DNA of 64,000 nt, from the NCBI RefSeq assembly GCF_036365525.1, contig NC_090399.1, positions 42,254,430-42,318,429 of the forward strand, written 5' to 3'. The position numbers and the translations under genes are program-made. This DNA is from Heterodontus francisci (Eukaryota). How positions within the stretch are numbered: position 1 is the stretch's first letter; the number at the start of each line of letters is the position of its first letter. The notes under the pieces are model-generated. The model was not told the origin of the DNA, searched no databases, and saw only the letters and a list, made by a program, of their open reading frames with translations. Shown piece by piece: positions 1 through 10,460 of this stretch.

Positions 1-550
1 ATTTGCCAATCCCTTGTCCACTTTCCCAGTTGATCTATATCCTTAGATCTATATCCTGTAACCTTAGACAGCCTTCTTCACTGTCCGCTATACCACCAAT
101 TTTGGTGTCATCTGCAAACTTACTAATCATGTACCCTACATTCACATCCAAGTCATTAATATATATGACAAACAACAGAGGGCCCAGCACCGATTCCTGC
201 GGCACACCACTGGTCACCGGCCTCCAATCTGAAAAACAACCCTCCACTACCACCCTCTCCCTCCTATCACCAAGCCAATTTTGTATCCAATTGGCTAGCT
301 CACCCTGGATCCCATGTGTTCGAACCTTCTGGACCAGCCTACCATGCGGGACCTTGTCAAAAGCCTTGCTAAAGTCCATGTAGACAATGTCCATCACCCT
401 GCCCTCGTCAATCTTCTTGGTCACCTCCTCAGAAAATTCAATCAAATTCGTGTCGCACAAATGCATATAAATCCTGTCTCTTAGAATCCCTTCCAATAAC
501 TTTCCCACCACTGATGAAAGGCTCACCGGCCTGTAGTTCCCTGGCTTATC
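1..550 (-). mobile_element. CR1 LINE fragment (RT region)
   Basis: ORF 35..526 (-) contains YMDFSKAFDKVPH, GVPQESVLGP and KFADDTK, all CR1 RT motifs; internal deletion present. Confidence 0.9.
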
Positions 551-554
551 CGTT

Positions 555-1830
555 GGAGAGGCAGGGATTAATCAAGGATAGTCATCATGGCGTGTCAGAT
601 GGAGATGATGTCTAACAAATTAGATTGAATTTTTCGAGGAGGTGACGAGGTGTGTGGATGAGGGGAAAGCAGTTGTCCCGCATGGGAGATTGGTTAAGAA
701 GGCAAGAGCCCATGGGATCCAGGGCAATTTGGCAAATTGGATCCAAAATTGGCTTAGTGGCAGGAGACAGAGGGTGATGGTCGAGGGTTGTTTTTGCGAT
801 TGGAAGCCTGTGACCAGTGGTGCACCACAGAGATCGGTGCTGGGATCCTCGCTCTTTGTAGTGTACATAAATGATTTGGACGTGAATCTAGGAGGTATGA
901 TCAGTAAGTTCGTAGATGACATGAAAATTGGTGGTGTCATAGATAGTGAGGAGGAAAGCCTTTGAATAGAGGACAATATAGATGGGCTGGTAAGATGGGT
1001 GGAGCAGTGGAAAATGGAATTTAATCCTGAGAAGTGTGAGGTGGTGCATTTTGGGAGGACTAATAAGGCAAGGGATTATACAATGGATGGTAGGACCCGA
1101 GGAAGTACAGAAGGTCAGAGGGACCTTGGTGTACTTGTCCACAGATCTTTGAAGGCAGCAGCACAGGTAGATAAGGTGGTTAGGAAGGCATATGGGATAC
1201 TTGCCTTTATTAGCTGAGGCATAGAATATAAGAGCAGGGAGGTTATGGTGGAGCTGTATAAAATGCTAGTTAGGCCACAGCTGGAGTACTGTGTACAGTT
1301 CTGGTCACCACACTATGGGAAGGATTTGATTGCACTGGAGAGGGTGCAGAGGATATTCACCCGGATGTTACTTGGGCTGGAGCATTTCAGCTATGAAGAG
1401 AGACTGGATAGGCTAGGGTTGTTTTCCTTAGAGCAAAAAGGACTGAGAGAGGACCTGATTGAGGTGTACAAAATTGTGAGGGGCATAGATAGGGTAGATA
1501 GGAATACACCTTTTTCCTTAGTGGAGGGGTCAATAACCAGGGGGCTTAGATTTAAGGTAATGAGCAGGAGGTTTAGAGGGGATTTGAGGAAAGATTTTTT
1601 TCATCCAGAGTGTGTTTGGAATCTGGAACTCACTGCCTGAAGTGGTGGTAGAGGCAGGAACCCTCATAACATTTAAGAAGTATTTAGATGAGCACTTGAA
1701 ACGCCATAGCATACGAGGTTACGGGCCAAGTGCTGGAAAATGGGATTAGAGCAGGAAAGGTGCTTGATGGCCAGCATGGATACAATGGGCTGAAGGCCCT
1801 GTTTCTTTGCTGTATAACTCTATGACTCAA
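555..1830 (+). mobile_element. CR1 (HER1-like) LINE, 5'-truncated, RT to 3' tail
   Basis: ORFs 642..965, 999..1217 and 1245..1640 give successive CR1 ORF2 pieces (LVRPQLEYCVQFWSP). It ends in a gggctgaaggccctgtttc...ctctatgactc tail. Confidence 0.9.
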
Positions 1831-1944
1831 TGACGCTACTCAGATTCCAACAGTTCAACCCCCCTCTCAGCACTGCCCCTACAACAGCACGGCACTGCCT
1901 CACTACTGACCTCCAACAACATAGCACAGTCAACAACACAGCAT

Positions 1945-2289
1945 GGGGAGGCGGTGGCATACTGGTATTGTCACTGGACTAGTAACCCAGAGACCCAGGT
2001 ATTGCTCTGGGGACATGGGTTCGAATCCCACCACAGCAGAAGGTGGAATTTGAATTCAATTAATAAAATCTGGAATTTAAAGCTAGTCGAATGATGGCCA
2101 TGAAACCATTGTCGATTGTTGTAAAAACCCATCTGGTTCACTAATGTCCTTTAGGGAAAGAAATGTGGTTGACTCTTACATGCCCTCGAAATGGCCTCGC
2201 AAGCCACTCAGTTCATGGGCAATTAGGGATGGGCAATAAATGCTGGCCTGGCCTGCGATGCCCACATCCCATGAAAGAATAAAAAAAAA
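1945..2289 (+). mobile_element. tRNA-derived SINE with a tail shared with the CR1-clade LINE at 6672-8585
   Basis: A-box-like tggcatactgg and B-box ggttcgaatcc. The 3' end gggcaattagggatgggcaataaatgctggcc...cccacatcccatga plus poly(A) matches the LINE tails at about 8520 and 59920. Confidence 0.8.
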
Positions 2290-2497
2290 GCACTCCCTCA
2301 GTAATGCCCCTTCAACAGTGCAGCACTCCCTCAATACTCACCCTCGGACAGTGCAGCACTCCCTCAGTACTGACCCTCTGACAGTGCAGCACTCCCTCAG
2401 TACTGACCCTCTGACAGTGCAGCACTCCCTCAGTACTACCCCTCTGACAGTGCAGCACTCCCTCAGTACTACTCCTCTGACAGTGCAGCACTCTTTC
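2289..2497 (+). repeat. 33-bp minisatellite (about 6 copies), unit acagtgcagcactccctcagtactgaccctctg
   Basis: Units start at about 2315, 2348, 2381, 2414, 2447 and 2480. Overlapping ORFs show the matching 11-aa periodicity. Confidence 0.9.
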
Positions 2498-2689
2498 AAT
2501 GTGAAATACAACCCATGATACAAGCAACTTATCTGGTGACATGAATATTAATTTCATTTTAAAAATTCCCTCCCTCTCGACTCTTCCCAATGTCCTTGAG
2601 ATTGGAATCAGAGAGCAGGTGGATTCTGGTCCACAGTAAATCCGACCCTTTGAATGTGGACAAGGGTCCAATATTTTCCCTGAAATAAA

Positions 2690-3372
2690 AGAAAAATACT
2701 GCAAATGCTGGAAATCTGAAACAAAAACAAAATGTGCTGGAAATTCTCAGCAGGTCTGGCAGCATCTGTGGAGAACGAAGCAAAGTTAATGTTTCAGGTC
2801 TGTGAACTTTCAGCAGAACTGGCAGAGGTTAGAAAAGAATTAGGTTTTAAGCAAGTGAAGTGGAGGGGGGTGGGGAAGAGAACAAAGGGGAAGGTGTTAG
2901 ATAGGGCAGAGGGCAGGAGAGATTAAATAACAAAGCAGTCCTGTGACAAAGGCAAAGCGAGTGTTAATGCTTGTGGTGAAAGACAAATCATTAGTCCAGA
3001 GAGAGTGTTCATGTCAGAGCTGCTCATTATTCTGCTGACATGAAAAGCAGGCACATGGTTAAAAAATAAAATATTAATAAAAGGCCAGTCATGCTCTGAA
3101 GTTATTGAACTCAATGTTCAGTCTGCAAGGCTGGAGAGTGCCTAATTGAAAGATCAGGTGCTGCTCCTCGAGCATGAGAGCATGGGGGAGATGGCAAGTA
3201 ACCGGAAGCTCAGGGTCATGCTTTCGGACTAACAAAACAGTCACCCAATCTGTGTTTTGTCCCCCCAATATAGAGGAGACCACATTGTGAGCAGCGAATA
3301 TAATATACTAAATTGAAAGAAGTACAAGTAAATCACAGCTTCACATGAAAGGAGTGTTTGGGGCGTTGGATG
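2690..3372 (-). mobile_element. Penelope-like element, 3' fragment
   Basis: ORF 3089..3283 ends LEEQHLIFQLGTLQPCRLNIEFNNFRA, a PLE GIY-YIG C-terminus. The terminal segment matches those at 5275-5435 and 22005-22201. Confidence 0.75.
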
Positions 3373-3384
3373 GTGTTTCGATTA

Positions 3385-4030
3385 GGGCTCTGTAACATCG
3401 CCTGACTCCACCCCTGCCTCAGTACATCTGCTGCTGAAAACTTCATCCGTGCCTTTGTTACCTCCAGACTCGATTATTCCAATTCCCTCCTGGCCGGCCT
3501 CCCACCTTCCACCCTCCGTAAACTTCAGTTCATCTAAAACTCTGCTGCCCATATCCTAACTCACACCCAGTCCCGTTCACCCATCACCCCCTGTGATCAC
3601 TGACCTACACTGGTTCCCGGTCGGGCAACACCTCGATTTTAAAATTCTCATCCTCATGTTCAAATCCCTCAATGGCCTTTCCCCTCCCTATCTCTGTAAT
3701 CTCCTTCAGCCCCACAACCCTCCGAGATCTCTGCACTCCTCCAATTCTGGCTTCTTGAGCATCCCCGATTGACATCTCTTCACGATCGGTGGCCGTGCCT
3801 TCAGCTACCGAGGACTAAACTCTGGAATTCCCTCCCTAAACCTCTCCATCTCTCTAATTCTCTCTCCTCCTTTAAGATGCTCTTTAAACCTCCCTCTTTG
3901 ACCAAGCTTCTGGTCACCTGTCCTAATATCTCCTAATGTGGCTCAGTGTCAGTTTTTACCCAATAAAGCTCCTGTGAAGCACCTTGTGACATTTTACTGT
4001 TAAAGGCGCTATATAAATGCAGATTATTGA
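3385..4030 (+). mobile_element. L2 LINE 3' end
   Basis: catccgtgcctttgttacctccagactcgattattccaat (HAFVTSRLDYSN-like) and the tail aaaggcgctatataaatgc. Confidence 0.75.
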
Positions 4031-4214
4031 AATAACACTCACTGCAGCTCTCGGTTCATCTCTGGTTCAAACACCAATGCCCAGTTTCACACTCCAGCTC
4101 TCAGAACACACTCAGTCACCATGGAAACCAGGAGTCCAGATGACTTTTATTGGGCGATAGTGGTAATGGGATCATTTGTTTTCTGTGAACTGATGTTAAT
4201 TGTAAAGATGAAGG

Positions 4215-4435
4215 ACAGTGAGATTCCCATCAGTGTCCCGGACAATATTTATCCTCAAACAACACCTAGAACAGATTGTCTGGTCATTATCACATCGCTG
4301 TTTGTGGGATCTTGCTGTGCACAAATCGGCTGCCGTGTTTCCTACATTATAACAGTTACTACACTTCGGTAGTATTTCATTGTCTGTGAAGCACTTTGGG
4401 ATGTCCTGATGTTGTGAAAGGCGCTATAGAAATCC
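4215..4435 (+). mobile_element. DeuSINE-type (SacSINE1/AmnSINE1-like) SINE, 3' part
   Basis: cagattgtctggtcattatcacatcgctgtttgtgggatcttgctgtgc...gtgaaaggcgctatagaaat resembles the recalled consensus, with an L2-type tail. Confidence 0.6.
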
Positions 4436-5274
4436 TGTCGAATAAATATCCTGTCCTTTCAGTCTCTCCCTTTCGAGGCTGAAAAGCTCAAGTTTCTCCA
4501 GTCCTTCCTCCCAACTCTGACCCTAAAGATCAGCCTCGTTCCTCATCTCTGAACTGATCAAACCCCGTGGCTGGAGAAAGCTGTCTGAGGTGGAAGGAGT
4601 CACGTGGAGATTGGGGGAAGTGTGAATGTTTATAATCCTGATATTGGAAAGGATTAGATACTGGAGGAGGGATTAGATCAGTAATTTTGATAAGGAATAA
4701 AATTAATTTTCAGGAAATGATGGATATTTATTCAGAGTGAAGATGATTTAATTATTTTGAGAGGATTAATTTTCTCGGACTATGTCTCTTGTATTGATGA
4801 TCCACAGACAGTTTTCAATATTGTTTCCTGTCCAACTCATTGCTCTTTTACACTGCAGTTCTGCTGTGATGCTGATTAAATTTACATCATGTCGATGTAA
4901 TGTAAAACTAGTGTGATTCTAACATTATAATCGAGTTGTACAAGATCTTTAACAAATAAGAGACATTTGGAAACAATCTTTAGCAGAATGTTCTCATCCC
5001 TGAAAAACATTCAGTGATTTTAAAATCCTATCCTCTGACATCACGATGAATTATCAGATCAGAGATTAATATTTCGGGAAGCTTGTTTTTAAACTTTGCC
5101 TGAGGATTAAACATATATCTGTGTGTGTGAAAGGGAATGGCTTTCAATTAAGTTAAACCTTGTCTCTTTACAAAGTGGAGTCAGTGTTGATCGTTCAAAC
5201 CTGTTCTCTGATTTTGTGATCAAGTCTCTGGATTAGGATGTAAACTCACAACCTTCCAGACACAGAGGAAACAA

Positions 5275-5435
5275 ATAAAAGCCAAATACTGCGGATGCTG
5301 GAAATCTGAAATAAAAACAAGAAATGCTGGAACCACTCAGCAGGTCTGGCAGCATCAGTGAAAAGAGAAGCAGAGTTAACGTTTCGGGTCAGTGACCCTT
5401 CTTCAGAAGAAGGGTCACTGACCCAAAACGTTAAC
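5275..5435 (-). mobile_element. Penelope terminal repeat with a minimal hammerhead ribozyme core, in a palindromic arrangement
   Basis: Minus strand 5406-5375 reads ctgaaga-a-gggtc-act-gaccc-gaaac-gttaac (CUGANGA, stem II, GAAAC). 5375-5435 is a 61-bp palindrome with one mismatch. Confidence 0.7.
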
Positions 5436-6049
5436 AGAGGAGACAGAGCTACCCACTGAGCCAAGACTGACACCTCAGGTAATACATCCTCTGAAGTGCC
5501 ATCTAATGCTGAGTGTGAATCTGTCCATTCATGGAGAGGTCAGGACATTCAGACGTCAAACGTTTACCATCTCCTTCTGTGAGACTCTGACAGGCAGAGT
5601 CCGCTATAAAATGACACTTTGTCTCTCAGGCCAAGTCCTGAACTCGAGGCTGCGACTCTCAGTGATGGAAATGTGTGAAGATCTTTCTTTGGTTTTATAA
5701 ACAGTCTGAGACTTGTTAGATTAAGTCCGTGGACTAAACTGGATCATTCTTTAGGGTTTCATAGAGCTGGTCCAGGACTGGTGTGTGTAGTCTGAGCTCC
5801 CTCTTCATTAAACCTCACTCCCAGAGTGTCCCAGAGACAGAGGGACTGAATCATAGAACTGGTCCAGGACTGGGGCCGGGACACAAAGTGAGGATGCAGG
5901 AGCTGAGCCTTTTATAACACTCCACATGGAACGATATAATGGCTGAATTTAAAGTAAGGAGATGGTCCACATTCCATACAAACAGTTCACAAAGCCGGAC
6001 TGTATCTCCCGAGAGGGGCTGTGAGATTCCCCCTCATCATCTCATCAAT

Positions 6050-6375
6050 TATCATGGAATTACAGAATCTTACAGCACAGGAGGAGGCCATTCAGCCCAT
6101 CGTGCTTGTGCTGGCTCTTTGAAAGATCTATCCAATTAGTCCCACTTTCCTGCTCTGCCCTCACATTCCTGCAAATTGTTCTTTTTCAAATATTTATTCA
6201 ATTCTCTTTTGAAATTTATTGAATCTGCTTCTACCGCCCTTTCAGACAGAACATTCCAGATCACAACAACTCGCTCTGTAAAAATACTCACCTCATTTCT
6301 CCTCTGTTTCTTTTACCGATTACCTTCAATCTGTGTCTCTCTAGTTACCGACCCTCCTGACACTGAAAACAGTTT
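6050..6375 (-). mobile_element. CR1 3' tail fragment
   Basis: cacaggaggaggccattcagcccatcg is the reverse complement of the CR1 tail, followed by degenerate ORF2 end. Confidence 0.65.
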
Positions 6376-6671
6376 CAAATTAAAAGGCACTTTTTCATTA
6401 ACTGGATACTTTGTAGAAAATTGATTTTATCCTCAAGGGATTCATGGATTTTAATTTATTTTCTCCCATGCCAGAGATTGACAGAACAGGGAGTGACTGG
6501 TTAGTGTGGGGGCAGGGCAGATTCTGGTCAGACAGTGTCCATGAGAACAGGAACACCAGGAATAATCATTCATAAAAACACCTTACTCATTGCTGCGACC
6601 TTTCAATCCCATCTTTACAGAAAACATCCTCCCCTCAACACACTGACCTCCTGACAGTTCCTGTAATTACC

Positions 6672-8585
6672 GTAACCATCTTCAGCCAGAAGTGCCGAGT
6701 GGATGATCCATCTCAGCCTCCTCCTGAGGTCCCCAGTATCACAGATGGCAACCTTAAGCCAATTCGATTCACTCCACATGTTATCAAGAAATGGCTGAAG
6801 GCACTGAATACTGCAAAGGCTCTAGGCCCTGACAACATCCCGGCTGTAATACTGAAGACCTGTGCTCCAGAACCAGCCACATCCCAAGCCAAGCTGTTCC
6901 AGTACAGCAACAACACTAGCATCTACCCGACAATGTGGAAAATTGCCCAGGGATGGCCTGTCCACAAAATGCAGGACAAATCCAACCCGGCCAGTTACCG
7001 CCCCATCAGTCTACACTCAATCATCAGTAAAGTGTTGGAAGGTGTCATTGATGTGCTCTCAAGTGAAAATAATCGCCTTCTCACTGATGCTCAGTTTGAG
7101 TTCTGCCAGGACCACTCAGCTCCAGACCTCATTACAGCCTCAGTCTCAACATGGACAAAAATGAGCTGAATTCCAGAGGTGAGAGTCACTGCCCTTGATA
7201 TCACGGCAGTATTAGACTGATTGTAGCAACAAGGAACTCCAATAAAATAAAGTCAATAGAAACTAGGGGGGGGGTGGAATCTCTTCACTGGTTGGAGTCA
7301 TAACTCGCACAAAGGAAGATGGTTGAGGTTGTTGGAAGTCAATCATCTTAGCTCCGGGACATCACTGCAGGAGTTCCTCAGGGTAGTGTCCTAGGCCTAA
7401 CCTTCTTCAGCTGCTTCATCAATGTCCTTCCCGTAAGGTCAGAAGTGAGGATGTTCACTGATGATTACACAATTTTCAGCACCGTTCATGACTTTCAGTT
7501 ACTGAAGCAGCCCGTGTCCATATACAGCAAGACTTGAACAACATTCAGGCTTGGACTGATAAGTGCAAGTAATATTTATGCCACACAAGTGCCAGGCAAT
7601 GACCATATCCAACAAGTGGGACTCTAACCATCTCCCCTTCACATTCGACAGCATTACCATCGTTGAATCCCCCACAATCAACATCCTGAGGGCTACCATT
7701 GACCAGAAACTGAACGGGAGCAGCCACATAAATACTGTGACGACAAGAGCAGGTCAGAGACTGGGAATTCTGCAGTGAGTAATTCACCTCCTGACTGCCC
7801 ATAACCTGTCCAAGGCACAAGTCAGGAATGTGATGAAATACTGTCCACAACAACCTCAGGAAGTTCGACACCCTCCAGGACAAAGCAGCCCGCTTGACTG
7901 ATACCTCATCCACCACCTTCAACATTCACTCCCTCCATCACTGATGCTCAGTGGCAGCAGTGTGTACCATCTACAAGATGAACTGCAGCAACTCACTGTG
8001 CCTCCTTCGACAGTGCTTTGCAAACCCACAACCTTTACCACCTCGAAGGACAAGGGCAGCAGATGCATGGGAATACCACCAACTGCTATTTCCCCTCCAA
8101 GCCACACACCATCCTGACTTGGAACTATATCACCATTCCTTAACTGTGGCTGGGTCGAAACTCTGGAACTCCCTCCCTAACAGCACTCTGGGTGTAGAGG
8201 TGTGGAAAGGAAACCCGACGTGAGCCCGAATTTCAGACCCCGACGTCCGACCCCACCCAACCCAAACTCGACATGTCGTCGGGACCCGTCGGGGTTGGGT
8301 CGGGTGGCGGGCCTTTACATCACTACATGGGTAAAGGCCTGCTACCCGACCTGACCCCGACGGGATCCGACGGCATGTGTCGGGTTCAGGTTGGGTCGGG
8401 TTTCCGGATCCAACATTCGGACTTGGGTTGGGTTTTGTTTGCACACCTCTATTTGGGTGCACCTACACTACATGGACTGCAGTGGTTCAAGCAGGCAACT
8501 CACCACCACCTTCACAGGGACAATTAGGGATGGGCAACAAATACTGCCTTGCCAGCGACACCCACATCACATAAACAAGTGATAA
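6672..8585 (+). mobile_element. CR1-clade LINE (second family), degenerate, interrupted by a MITE
   Basis: ORF 6699..7169 (KALGPDNIP...YRPISLHSIISKV), GVPQGSVLG near 7370, and a 3' tail at about 8520-8580. Confidence 0.85.
8195..8451. mobile_element. hAT-type MITE, near-palindromic
   Basis: TIRs TAGAGGTGTG...CACACCTCTA. 8-bp TSD tctgggtg (8187-8194) / tttgggtg (8452-8459). Repeated cccga/tcggg subterminal motifs. Confidence 0.8.
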
Positions 8586-8589
8586 AATA

Positions 8590-9365
8590 AAACTCCCCGA
8601 TACCAAGAAATGAGTCAAAGCACTGGATACAGCAAAGACTATGGGTTCCCGCCATTTCCTGGCTGCAGTGCTGAAGGCTTGTGCTCCAGAACTAGCCGTG
8701 ATTCTAGCAAAACTGTACAAGTACAACACTGGCACCTAACCAATGAAGTGTAAAATTGCCCAGGTGGCTACAAGAACAGTTCAGAGGCTGGGTGTTCTTC
8801 AGTAACTGAATCACCTCCTGACTCCACAAAACCTGTTCACCACCTACATGGCACAAGTCAGGATAGTGATGGAATAATCTCCACTTGCCTGGATGGCGAC
8901 AGCAACACTCAAAAAGCTCAACACCAATGCAGTCCACCTGATCAGCATTCCATCCACCACTTCAAACATTCACTGTCTCGACCACCAGTGTACTGTACCT
9001 GCAGTGTGTGCAGTCCACCAGACACACTGCTGCAACTCGCAATTGCTTGTTTGACAGCACCTCTCAAATCCATGTCCTCTATCACACTGAAAGACAAGGG
9101 CTGCATAGGAACAGCACCACCTCCAATTTCCTCTCCAATTTACCCACCATTCTGAATTGGAAATATATCACCGTTCCTGCATCATCACAGTCAAAATCCT
9201 GGAACACATTCCTTACCAGCAGCATTGGGAGAATATCTTTCCCACACAGATTGCAGCAGTTCAAGACAGCGGCTCACCACCACCTTCTCCAGGGGAATTA
9301 GGGATGGGTAATAAATGCTGGTTTTTCCAGTGAAATCCACATCCAGAGAATGAAGAAAGAAAAAA
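8590..9365 (+). mobile_element. Internally deleted older copy of the same CR1-clade LINE
   Basis: Segments are homologous to 6780-6950 and 7740-8580, and it ends in the same tail. Confidence 0.7.
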
Positions 9366-9369
9366 TAAA

Positions 9370-10460
9370 AACTTGTTTTTCTTAATATATTGTGCTTCTT
9401 GTTTTTAATTGTAAATTAATTTTGCATTAACCTTTTCTTATTCTTTCTCCTTTTTCAACTGACTTTATTAAGCTTCTGCCTTTCATTTTCTATCTCCATT
9501 CTTTACTACTTTCTATCCATCTCATTTTGTACTGAACATTTCTCCCATTGTCTCTCTTATTTTCTCTTCATTGATGAATTATTATTTCTGCCTTTCCTTT
9601 TCCTCTTCTCATCTTCATTCTACTGATCTTTGGACTGGTTTCTTTCTTTCTCCCTCTGAGACCTTTATAGCTGATTCTTTCTTACTAACCTTTTCTACCC
9701 ACAATTTTCCCTTTTCTTTTATTTCCCTATTTAACTCTGCATCTCTCTCATTTTCTACAGATTTTTGGTCTCTCAGTGAATAAAGGGATACGGTGAGTGG
9801 GTGGGAATGTAGAGTTGAAGCCTAAGATCAGCCCTGATGATTTTGAATGGTGGAGCAGGTTCGACTGGCCATATAGTTTATTCCTGCTCCTATTTCTTGT
9901 GTTCTTGTGTGTACCATAATTCCTCATCTCTCATTTTGTACTTACCACATTTCATCTCCTCAATTCCAATCTCTCCTCTCCATATAATCTCTTCAGTTGG
10001 TTTTAATTGTCATTTAATTTTACTTTTGCTTATTTCCCATTTTACTCCTTCCCGTTTCTCTCATTTTCTCCAGAACTTTTACTGTCCTGAACTGATTTAT
10101 TTGTTTCTATTTATCTTTTCTTTGCTCAATTCCTTTCCCTATTTTATATCTCAATCGTTTTTTCTCTTTTTTATATTCTCCCTCATTTTTCTATTTCCTT
10201 TTCCTCATATTTATTCTATTTCCCTTTCATTCCCTCTTCATTTGCTCATTTTTCTGTTAACCTTTGTCTATTCTCATCTCCCACACTTTCCTCTGTACTT
10301 TCTGTCTCCATCACAGTATTCTTGTTTCTCTGTTTCTCTCTTCCTCACATCTCACTTTTCTATTTACCTTTATTAATTCCTGCATAACCTTTCCTCTTCT
10401 CATCTCCCTCATTTATCTACTAACTTTTTCTCTCCTTCATATCTCTCATTTTTACCTCAA
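9370..10460. repeat. T/C-rich low-complexity tract with a small CR1 tail (about 9780-9905)
   Basis: Strong pyrimidine bias on the + strand. The F/L/S/I-rich ORFs here are compositional. Confidence 0.7.

Noticed and set aside
1945-2035. Functional tRNA genes at SINE heads (also near 20326, 26010 and 48800)
   Set aside because: The A/B boxes continue into SINE bodies and LINE-derived tails, with no acceptor-stem closure.
2289-2497. CRISPR-like periodic array
   Set aside because: The units are contiguous 33-bp tandem repeats with no unique spacers, in vertebrate DNA.
9837-10376. 179-aa hydrophobic ORF that looks like a membrane protein
   Set aside because: It is a translation of a T/C-rich low-complexity tract that begins in a CR1 tail.
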